This document shows, in pieces, positions 53,493-64,000 of a DNA stretch of 64,000 nucleotides (the stretch's first letter is position 1; every line of letters begins with the position of its first letter). The notes below the pieces were generated by a model. The model saw nothing but the letters and a program-made list of their open reading frames with translations. It was not told the origin of the DNA and did no database searches. Position numbers and translations under genes: made by a program. Where the stretch lies: the NCBI RefSeq assembly GCF_006345805.1, contig NC_043012.1:44268001-44332000 (forward strand), given 5' to 3'. This DNA is from Octopus sinensis. Its lineage: Eukaryota.

Positions 53493-53690
53493 GTAATAAT
53501 AATGGTTTCAAATTTTGGCACAAGGCCAGTAATTTCAGGGGAGGGGAAACAGTCGATTAACACCGACCCCACTACCCGACTGGTACTTTATTTTATCGAC
53601 CCCGAAAAGTTAAAAGGCAAAATTGATCCCGGCGGAATTTAAACTTAAAATGTAAAGAATAAGAAAAAAATACCGCAAAGATTTTTTGAT
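53230..53690 (-). mobile_element. Two SINE family B copies separated by (AAC)/(AAT)n
   Basis: tttatcgaccccgaaag..gtcgacctcggcggaatttgaactcagaa motif twice. Confidence 0.8.
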
Positions 53691-53963
53691 TTTTTTTTTT
53701 TTTTTTTTCTGCAATTCTGTTGGTCAAAGACGCCAGGAAGATGTCTCTGAAATGCTAACGGTGCTACTACTGCTAATTCTTGGTAGATTCCGTTCATTTT
53801 GGGGAACTACCATTAATAACTGTTGCAGTAGAGATAGTAGATCTAGCTTAGTGTTTGAGATGCTGTTGTTGTTAGCGGTAGAGACTTTGCTGTGAAGGGG
53901 GGGGGGGTTGAGACACGGGTTATGTTGTTATTGTTGTTAGTGCTGTGTTAAGACACCTGGCAA

Positions 53964-54002
<39 letters not shown>

Positions 54003-54187
54003 AGTGATGATGATGGTGATGATGATGGTGATGACGATGACGATGATGCCACTGTCCTCCCCCCGCACACACACACAGATGATGTCGATGATGATGATTA
54101 TGATGATGGTAACGACGATGATAATGATAGTGAAGATGACAACGACGACGATGATTGCATGCTATCGAGGCTATAAAACTAATTTCT

Positions 54188-54223
<36 letters not shown>

Positions 54224-54489
54224 GATGAAATAAAAATCAAAAAAAGCATTAAGTATTAGCGTTTTCATCCCTTGACTAACGGTAAGTGGTTTTCTATCAA
54301 ACAACGGGTAATTAGCCTTTTTATCAGCTTCATTTATGCCTCACGGTTTGAAAGAAAAACAAACGCACAAACGGTGATCGAAGAGAGGGAGAAATGGGGA
54401 AACTATAAACAGAGTCAGGTTAGTTACACGTATACAACACACACACAGACACACACACACACACGCACACACACACGCACACACACACG

Positions 54490-54520
<31 letters not shown>

Positions 54521-55374
54521 TCTCGGAAGTGTCGCAGTAAACAAAAATCTGCAGCGGAAGTCGACAATGGCCTATCGACGATGTTGTTTTGGTGTTGTCG
54601 CAGTTGTTGTTATTGTATGTTGTTGTTGCTTAGTTGTAGCTTAACCCTAATTGTGCACACCAATGGTCAAAGGCATTCCAGCCGTGACCATCAAATCATG
54701 TCTTTTTAAGGGTATGTAGAGCAATATTACCCTATGCGTTCTTTATTTAAGACGGTAGTGTGTGTGTGTGATCTGAGAGAAATTTAGCAGCTATTTTTAG
54801 CAAATCGAATGACCATGTAAGACAGTCTTACATTGCTGCCGCATGTAATTGATTTTGTTGCTGTTGTTTTGGTTGTTATTGTTGATGATGGTTGTGGGTT
54901 GGTAGCTGCGAGGATGATGATAACGATGATGATGGTGGTGGTTGTGGTGGTGGTGGTGGTGGTGGTGGTGGTGGTGGTGGTGGTGGTATTGATGATGATG
55001 ATGGTATTGCTTTTATCAGCAGAGCGCCAGGTGAAATACCTTACCGTATGCTGTTATGGTTACGTTCTCTATAATTCCTGCTTTCGTGCGGACAGATAAA
55101 GTATCTCATGTACTGCGTTCGATATCATCGATTATCTGTGACTTTGTGCCTATGTTTAAAAAATCATTACTGTCGAAACAACAGCTTCAAGAAACAAAAA
55201 ATTGTCAATGGTGGACCAAGCGTTGCTATGCACCTCCCGCACTCATATTTCGATTACAGTCGGAGGAAGACATACACCTGTCAAAACAGGTTTTTCTTCT
55301 AAAATCTTCGGTTTTGCGCTTATATTACTGTTGTTCTTGTTAATATCGTTGCTGTTCTGGAGTGTCGACATGTG

Positions 55375-55638
55375 ATTGCTTGCTCGTGAAATTAACGTGC
55401 TAGTGGCCGAGCACTCCACAGACACTTGTACCCTTAACGTAGTTCTCAGGGAAATACAACCTGACATAGAGTGTGACAAAGCCGGCCCTTCGAAATACAG
55501 GTACTACTCATTTTTGCCAGCTGAATGGACTGGAGCAACGTGAAATAAAGTGTCTTGCTCAAGGACACAACGCGTCGCCGGAAATTGAACTCACAATCGT
55601 GAGCCGAATGCCCTAAACACTAAGCCAAGAACCTTCAT
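55375..55638 (-). mobile_element. tRNA-derived SINE of a third family (CORE-like central block)
   Basis: Minus strand ggcttagtgtttagggcattcggct..gagttcaatttccgg..gtgtccttgagcaagacacttt..ctccagtcca. Confidence 0.7.
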
Positions 55639-55703
55639 ATATATATATATTATATATATATATCCTATGAAGGTTCTTGGCTTAGTGTTTAGGGCATTCG
55701 GCT

Positions 55704-55972
55704 GACTTTGATGCTGGTGATACGTTTCCATCTTCAGTATCTAGGTCCTTACAAACTTTGTAGACGAAAGATCTGGCAACTTTTAAAAATCGAGATATTT
55801 CTAAATTGCTATGCTCAACCTTCATAACCATAATAACAGCATGCCTCTTCATTTCTTGAGTAAGATGAGGGTCTGCCATTATTATTTTCTGAAACAATAA
55901 TTATACAGAGTTAGCAAAAAACTGCAGCAATGACCCATACAAGGTATGTCCTCAAATAACTTACGTACCCTG
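55704..55972 (-). mobile_element. maT/DD37D-like transposon 5' fragment
   Basis: TA plus TIR cagggtacgtaagttatttg; MADPHLTQEMKRHAVIMVMKVEHSNLEISRFLKVARSFVYKVCK HTH N-terminus; truncated at a fold-back junction. Confidence 0.7.
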
Positions 55973-56074
55973 TACGTATATATATATATATATATATAAT
56001 ATATATATATATATAATATATATATATATATATAATATATATACATATATATATTATATATATATATATATATA

Positions 56075-56156
<82 letters not shown>

Positions 56157-56174
56157 ATACATATATACATATGT

Positions 56175-56230
<56 letters not shown>

Positions 56231-56298
56231 ATATATATATTACATATATATATACATATATACATATACATATATATATTATATATATATATATACAT

Positions 56299-56329
<31 letters not shown>

Positions 56330-56541
56330 TTATGTGAAATAGAAAGATGAATAATCTTGTAGTAGATTAATCAAAAGTTTAACCGATACCTTAGTAGCAA
56401 AAATCACAGCAGTGAACAGCACGGTTGGAGGTACAACCATCTGGCGTTGCAACCGTGCGTTGGTGCGGATAATTGAAATTAAAACATTATTGGTGAATTG
56501 AAGAAATGGAGCTGAACGCAGATTGAACAGAAATCGTTTTA

Positions 56542-56631
56542 TTTCATTCTACACGTGTTTCGAAAGGCACAAATTACCAAAATCCGATTGAATAATGGGA
56601 CCATATTGTGTCTTTCTCTTCAGGAAGAAAA
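56542..56631 (-). ncRNA. Type I hammerhead ribozyme, canonical core
   Basis: UUUUCUUC-CUGAAGA-GAAAGACACAA(loop)UUGUGCCUUUC-GAAA-CACGUG-UA|GAAUGAAA; GUA triplet; predicted cut between 56550 and 56549. Confidence 0.85.
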
Positions 56632-57342
56632 AAGGAAATCCGTTGGAAAAACAGAAACAGAACAGAGGCAGAGCAAAAAACAAATCGAACTGTGCTCCTA
56701 AGAGCCCATGGCGAAACTGTTTATCAGTGTATGTTGAGAAACGGTGGCTGAAGAATTCAACAGGTCAGGCATCGGTCAAACATGTGGGTGAGGGTGTATA
56801 GATGTTCTTTGTGACCGAGAATAAAGTTCTGACTATTTAAAGAATATTGGATGTTTTATAAGGGGCGAGAAAAAATCTACTTAGAGACGTGTGTGTGTGT
56901 ATACTGTTCTATATATGTGTGTGTTGGCGTAGGGGTAGAAAACATTTTTTGTGTACGTGTGTGCGTTTGATCGTTCGGCTGTCAGTGGCTGACAGCCGAA
57001 CGATCAAACGCACACACGTACACAAAAAATGTTTTCTACCCCTACGCCAACACACACATATATAAAACAGTATACACACACACACGTCTCTAAGTAGATT
57101 TTTTCTCGCCCCTTATAAAACATCCAATATTCTTTAAATAGTCAGAACTTTATTCTCGGTCACAAAGAACATCTATACACCCTCACCCACATGTTTGACC
57201 GATGCCTGACCTGTTGAATTCTTCAGCCACCGGTTCTCAACATACACTGATAAACAGTTTCGCCATGGGCTCTTAGGAGCACAGTTCGATTTGTTTTTTG
57301 CTCTGCCTCTGTTCTGTTTCTGTTTTTCCAACGGATTTCCTT

Positions 57343-57432
57343 TTTTCTTCCTAAAGAGAAAGACACAATATGGTCCCATTATTCAATCGGATTTTGGTAA
57401 TTTGTGCCTTTCGAAACACGTGTAGAATGAAA
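57343..57432 (+). ncRNA. Mirror hammerhead copy with G5A core mutation (predicted inactive)
   Basis: CUAAAGA at 57351-57357 instead of CUGAAGA; otherwise identical. Confidence 0.75.
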
Positions 57433-57490
57433 TAAAACGATTTCTGTTCAATCTGCGTTCAGCTCCATTTCTTCAATTCACCAATAATGT

Positions 57491-57530
<40 letters not shown>

Positions 57531-57563
57531 CATATATACATATATACATATATACATATATAC

Positions 57564-57610
<47 letters not shown>

Positions 57611-57666
57611 CATATACATATATATATAATATATATACATATATATATATACATATATACATATAC

Positions 57667-57728
<62 letters not shown>

Positions 57729-57864
57729 ATATATAATATATATATATATTACATTTTTTGTTCCACATCACACTTGTTGGGCGCGCCCCACCTTGAGAAA
57801 TACAGCTCTAGGATTTATTTTCAGATTGAAATTCAGTATCCTTTCAGTTATTCACTGTAATATT

Positions 57865-58185
57865 GGTTTCAAATTTTGACACAAGATCAGCAAGTTCGGC
57901 GGAGGGGATATATCGATTAGATCGACCTCTATGTTAAATTGGTACTTATGTTATTGACCCCCGAAAGGATGAAAAGCAAAGTCGACTGGCAGAATCGTTA
58001 GCACGCCGGGCAAAATACTTCGCGGCATTTCGTCCGTCCTTAGGTTCTGGGTTCACATTCCGCCTAGGTCAACTTTGCCTTTCGTCCTTTCGGTGTAGAT
58101 AAAATAAGTTGAGTACTGGAGTTGATGTAATCGACTTAGCCCCTCCCACAAAATTACTAGCCTTGTGCCAAAAATTTGAAACCAG
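57865..58185. mobile_element. Head-to-head chimera of two SINE family B copies
   Basis: Minus-strand 3' half (57865-57986) fused to a plus-strand copy starting tggcagaatcgttagc. Confidence 0.75.
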
Positions 58186-58764
58186 TATATTAAGACAGAT
58201 TTAAATTGATTTTACATTGACCTCCCTGTAGAAAATCTATTAATATTTCAGTATTCAAGTGATGTGGAGCAAAAGTAACATGTCAACCACTGCAGGTTTT
58301 GCAATTTCAATTTATCACTCATGATTCGTAAAGAGAGATGGTAACATCAACCCACTGTATTCATATTCCGTTGCTGCATAACTGCCAAGGGTCTAGTTAT
58401 CATTTTGCTGCATCAGGAAACTTCTGTACTACATATTATTGATCAACATATGTAGAGTAATTCTATATCACTAATATAATTGGTTTCCGAATATACTGAT
58501 GATGGTCTACATCTGCAACAGGTTTTCATTAGCGTTCAATTTTCTTAAATGCGCCTGTATTGTATATCGCGTGTGTAGTGCTGTCCAAGATATTTCAAAA
58601 ACAACGCCATGATTTCGATTTTTTTTTATGTAATCAAGCCAATCTTTTGTCATAATCTGAAGTTAAGCTTTTATTCAACTCCTGTATAACTGGACTGATA
58701 ACGTCATGCCGCGACCAGACTAAAATAATATATGCAATGACAGTGATGATGATCATGTAATTAT

Positions 58765-58980
58765 CGGTTTCAAATTTTGGCTCAAGGCCAGCAATTTCGG
58801 AAGAGGAGGTGAGTCAGTTCCATCGACCCCAGTATTCGACTGGTACGTATTTTATCAACCCCGAAACAATGAAAGGCAAAGTCGACCTCAACGGAATCTG
58901 AACTCAGAACGTAAAGACGGAAGAAATGCCGCTAAGTATTTTGCCCGGCTCGGTAACGATTGTGCTAGCCCGCCACCTTT
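58765..58980 (-). mobile_element. SINE family B with 14-bp TSD
   Basis: TSD gatcatgtaattat at 58751-58764 and 58981-58994. Confidence 0.9.
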
Positions 58981-60384
58981 GATCATGTAATTATTACATT
59001 ACACTACCTACGAATATGTATGTATGCATGACTGTATGTGGGAATTGGAAGGGTTTACACCTCACACTGAACAATAGTTTTATCTCGGTTCGGGTACCTG
59101 CAAACTAGTCTTTCTTCTCCTTCCTCCAACCTCAGACGATGGACAAAGTCTGATACGCTACCTTCTACTCCACTCCCGAACACTCCTATTGACTGAGTGT
59201 TAGCGACGTAAGCCATCTCCGAGTATTCTCGGATTCTAGAATTTACCCCAGCTACATAGGTCTATACAGAGAGTGTATCAGTTTGCAGAGCAAGCCGAAG
59301 GTTGATGCATAAGTCTTTTGATGAGTTGTGAAAGAGAGTCTGTACTTTACCCATTTCATTTGTCTGTTCTTCTATGTCTGCAAAAGTTTGAAGAAAACTC
59401 GCGAGAATTTTCCACATGTGTATGGCGGCAGCTCATTCTAGAAAGAATACTAAAGAGTAGAGACGTAATTTCCGGAGTAATTTCCGGAGTCGTTCTTATG
59501 GACCCTCGGGCATAACTGTTTACCGGGCGCCTTTGAACGTGTGTTTTAGTAGAGTTAACAGTGCCCGATTGACCGACGGCTCAGTCTGCCCTTGGTCTGT
59601 TGGAGTTTATCTGTGTCCTACTGTTGCATTTATGGAGTCCTTAGAATATTGAACAGTATAGTTTGCGATTGACTCTACGCTCTGGGTTCAAATCCTGCCT
59701 TTAATCCATGCCTTGGCGTCGATAAAATAAATTATCTATCACGTACTGTGTTCGACAGTTCGCCTGATTCCCACCCCCAAATTTTTGGCCTTGTGCCTAT
59801 GCCAAAAACAACAAAATGAATCGTTATTATTGCTGCTTTCAACATTTTTGGTAATCCTCCAACGTCTAAATATTTGATAAAAAAAAACTATTTAAGGGGA
59901 TTAACAAAGTTGTCTTTCCAAGATTGTAAGAAATCTTGTAGGTCAACCGGTTCAGTAGCCAAACTATTTAGACTATTTTCTAATTCATCTTAATCAATAT
60001 ACTCGTATTTTTCTGAGTTATTAATTTATCTGCTAATCTTTGGTACAACTGTAAATCTTTTCAGTATTTTCATTATAGTTTTTTCGTCTTACATTGCTCT
60101 CCCTATTTTTCTTTGCTTATTCAAAACGCATGGAAATTTAGGTGGGGACGTTTAGAATTTCAAGTTTACGTTTTTCAACTCAAATCGCCTTTTATCCGTA
60201 TAGTTCTTTGTTCAGTTTGCTCAGTGTTTTATTTATTTCTAGTGAACGAAACTATGTCGAAGATATTTGTAGATGGAATCCTTGCTGTCAGCATCGTCAG
60301 ATCTTTTTGTTGTTATAAAGATACTTCGATCGGTTGAACGTTGATTTCTAAAGGCGGGTGGGGTTTTTTGTTGTTTTTTTTTTT

Positions 60385-60783
60385 TACTTTTACTTGTTTC
60401 AGTCATTTGACTGCTGCCATACTGAAGCACCGCCTTTAGTTGAACAAATCGACCCCAGGAATTATTCTTTGTACGCATAGTACATATTCTATCAGTCGCT
60501 TTAGCCGAACTGCTAAGTTACGGAGACGTAAACACACCAACATCGGTGTCAAGCGATGGTGGGGTGTACAAACAGAAACACAAAGACACACACACACACA
60601 TACACACACACACACATATGTTAGGCTTCTTTCAGTTTCCGTCTAACAAATCCACTCACAAGGCTTTGGTCGGCCCGAGGCTATAGTAGAAGACACTAGC
60701 CGAAAGTTTCACACAGTGGGACTGAACCCGGAATCATGTGGCTGGTAAGCAAGCTTCTTACCACACAACCACTCCTGCGCCTA
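60385..60783 (-). mobile_element. SINE family A, near full-length
   Basis: Reverse complement of family A. Confidence 0.88.
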
Positions 60784-63700
60784 TATCACAGTCACTCCTG
60801 TAGACAAAACTATTTTAAAACTAGTGTATGTAATTTATTCACGATTCTTGGTACTTGCTGCATAATCGATTGTGGAAGGCATAATCGGCAGACTGCCGAT
60901 ATTTATTAACATACGATTCAAATTCTGCCATTGTAGACTTTACCTTTCGTCGTTTCAGGGTCGACACTAGTCAAGTACTGGAGATGATTTCATCGCTTGT
61001 ATCTTATCATATTATATTATATTATATTATATTATATTATATTATATTATATTATATTATGTGGAGAGCGAGACTGCGACGTGGTTTCAGTTCCTAGTCG
61101 AAGACATTAACTTCGTCTCGCTGTTACCCTTGGTTAAATTATGAACGTCTTGTTGTCCAATTTACCCACCATGAATGTATATGGTTTCACCCTACATAAA
61201 AAAAATCGATGCTTGTATATCGATTTGTGGTTAAAGATATGTACTTTCATATACGTTTCGTGGGAAACGTATGGCCTTGGAGAAGAACAACTGTCACATC
61301 TCACTCCACTAAAAGACAAGCCATGTGTGCCTCATCAAACAGAAAGTATTATATCTTTTAAACTAAAGTGCGTCTAGAGCTGTTCATATTTTACAGATTT
61401 CATAAATTTGAAGTTTATGTTGTATGACTTTTAGTTTAAGCAAGCCTGGATGCCCTTACTTTAGATAATGTAAAACATGTGATATAAATTATATAGTTCT
61501 TTATGATGTTAAGCGAAGCAATGTTCTTACACCCGCTTCAATATACCCGAAATGTTTCTCTAATTTGTATGATATTATCCAACACGACACTTAACATATG
61601 TTATTTGTTCCCCTCGAGAGCCAGATCTTTCTGTCTCTGACTTTAATCAGCCGTAAGACAGCATTTATTCAGACAGACGCCCTAAAGCAAGAGTAAACCT
61701 TCATCTCACTATATTTATGTTGATTGTGCTCTCGCATAAAAAGTTTAAGTTGTACATAATTTTATTTCCTGCTTCTGAAAACATTGTTGTGATGTAGGAA
61801 TTGGTTATTTATTTATTTATTTAGTCATTCATTGAAGCGAACGGCGTTTAATAGATGTCAGACTTACAACTGAACGAATCAGAAGAACAGTTTCAATTCT
61901 CCTTTGTTATTTCATTTCAACTATCATCGCTTTCTTTTGCTGCGCTTCATATTTACGTCGAGAATCATTTAATTATCAATTAATCAAAACTGTATTGTTC
62001 AAACTGTCATTTACATTACTGGCTCTGTCTATAATCCATCGTACTTATTGGTTGTGGTTTTAAGATATAGGACTTGTTCATAGGCTACCATACTGCACGT
62101 TTTCTTTATAAGCTATCGTACTTCAACTCAAAGGTTTTGTATTATTATGTTTGTCAACACTGGCCAGAGACGATAAATTAAAGTACCAATCAACTATTGG
62201 GGGGGGGGGTATTTAATTGGCGTCTTCCATCCATTTCGAACGAATTTTCTTAATGCTCTGAGAATATGTCAGGAATGGGTATTATTTGCTTTGAAGAATA
62301 TTGCGTCCAACGCAAGTCGGATATAGAAGAAAACACTCTCGGTATCATGTGGTAGTTGATTGTATGATTGCAGAATCTTTACAGCCTTAATCAAAATACT
62401 ATAGCTGGTGTTTTGTTATAGTCCTTTGAAATTCTGAGTTCAAATCTCATTAAGGCCTGCATTGTATTTCCCCCTTCCGGGGTTCGATAAAATAAAGTGC
62501 AAGTCAACTGGGATCGATTTAGCCCAACGCTGCAATGAGAATCAGCAAGATTTAGTTGAGTAGTGTTTCGTTAGCTCTGACAGCTGAACTCATTTCACGC
62601 CATAATTCCAATGAAGCAAGCAGTACTAGCATACTTAATATGATGAGTACGATAACTTTAATCAAGGCTATGTGTATCGAAACTAAGGTTTCGGCTTGGA
62701 CGGTTTCCCCTCCTACACTGCATAAAGATAGAATTTTCAAAAGTGATCCAAGACGATAGTGTGCTATGGGGCAATCATTTTAATAAGAGTGTTTGTAATT
62801 CTATAATTCCTAAAGTACAATTTCCATGAATCAATAACAATCACCGCCTTTCTTTTTATTTAAATTAAATTATAATTACTTTCTATCTTCATACTGCAGC
62901 AATCTAATCTTTCAGCCTGACTTTAAATATATCCATCACCTTCACAGCTGCTTTATATCCGATCAATCACTATTTTCAGTTGAAACCAATCTTAAATTAA
63001 ATCTAAAAGGAATACCAGTCACTATACTTCCGCCGCCATTATCTCAAAATTAATTTTGTTCCGCGCCGTGGAAATTATTATTAATTCTAGAATAACAAGA
63101 TATACTTCTAACGAATGGGTTGCGAGTTTTCATTCTACAGTCTTTTTAAAGACTTAATGAGCCGGGAGCTGCTGCTGCGCCCTAGATGCTCTGAGGCCGG
63201 TAAAATTAAGTCAACCGCTGCAGAAAAAAACTTAGATGATAAGGGGATTCCAGATGGTTGGCTTTCTAAGCTGGAAGGAATTGGTATAACGATTGGTACC
63301 GAACCAAGAACGGCTTTTTACAAGGTTATTTCTTTCGGTGGTGTCTAGTATTTTGACGAATATACAAAGCGATTGACTGCTTAGTCAACACATTAAACAA
63401 ACGAGCGATTGGTTAGATGGATAGATAGATACTTAACCAATTAACTAATAATAATGAAGTGGAGTTGAACATATGCGTGTTGTACTAATATTAGTGTAGA
63501 GATTTTCCAAAAACAAAACAAAATTTATAACTTCTTCCACGTTCATAGTTGATCGATTATTTCACTATCTGCAATTAAATATATATATTACATACATGAA
63601 TATATATATAATATATATACATATATATATGTATATATCTATCTATATATATTACATACATATATATACATATATATATAATATATATATATATTATATA

Positions 63701-63798
63701 TGTGTGTGTGTTGTGTGTGTAGTATATAACATATATTATATATGAATATGTATATGTGTGTGTGTATTATATGATATATATATATGTATGTGTGTATA

Positions 63799-63833
<35 letters not shown>

Positions 63834-63836
<3 letters not shown>

Positions 63837-63945
63837 TGGTGGCACAGCTAACCAAAAATTAGATTCGCTAACCGCTAATCCGCTAACTAACAAATTGGCT
63901 TCGCAAACGCTAAACCGCTAAATGATAACAGCTAATTTTTATTAT
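63834..63945 (+). mobile_element. hAT-like transposon terminus with subterminal gctaa(c) repeats
   Basis: cagtggtggcacagctaacc followed by multiple (c)gctaa(c) motifs; other end not in the window. Confidence 0.5.
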
Positions 63946-64000
63946 ATGAATTCAGCTGCGGTTTGATTCTTTGACTCTAAAACCTTTAAAATTTTCGTGT

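Larger units (their letters stand above)
56336..57491 (-). mobile_element. Penelope-like pLTR (minus, 56336-56985) plus inverted partial copy (56989-57491)
   Basis: 503-bp arms with 3 mismatches and a 3-nt spacer; hammerhead motif; embedded in (TA)n on both sides. Confidence 0.75.

Noticed and set aside
56595-57379. Twin 68-aa ORFs on opposite strands
   Set aside because: A consequence of the palindrome; no recognisable domain.
63115-63348. 77-aa non-repetitive ORF as a host gene
   Set aside because: No recognisable domain or splice support; could be conserved non-coding DNA but cannot be judged here.

Overview
AT-rich, microsatellite-saturated eukaryotic intergenic or intronic DNA. The tRNA-derived SINE families and the (TA)/(TG)/(TATG)/(GATA) load point to a coleoid cephalopod, most likely Octopus (inference from repeat content). 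I found no host protein-coding exon I can support; the long ORFs in the track are translated microsatellites. The window is a transposon graveyard: three decayed mariners, a rosa/DD41D-like and a maT-like Tc1/mariner fragment, hAT/Kolobok-like/other MITEs, Helitron-type elements, L1/Tx1, RTE, R4/Dong-like and CR1/L2-like LINE remnants, dozens of SINEs, and several Penelope-like element (PLE) fragments. The main result is a set of hammerhead-ribozyme motifs in PLE-type termini, each with a different catalytic core. (1) A canonical CUGAAGA/GAAA/GUA motif lies in a 503-bp-arm palindrome whose mirror copy carries the inactivating G5A change. (2) A G3:C8 compensatory-swap core (GUGAACA) lies in a second palindrome beside a GIY-YIG fragment. 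(3) A 35-nt minimal U4C variant lies at 9.5 kb. All three have a palindromic helix III, suggesting dimeric cleavage. None has been tested; these are structure predictions read by eye. SINE and LINE remnant boundaries are approximate.
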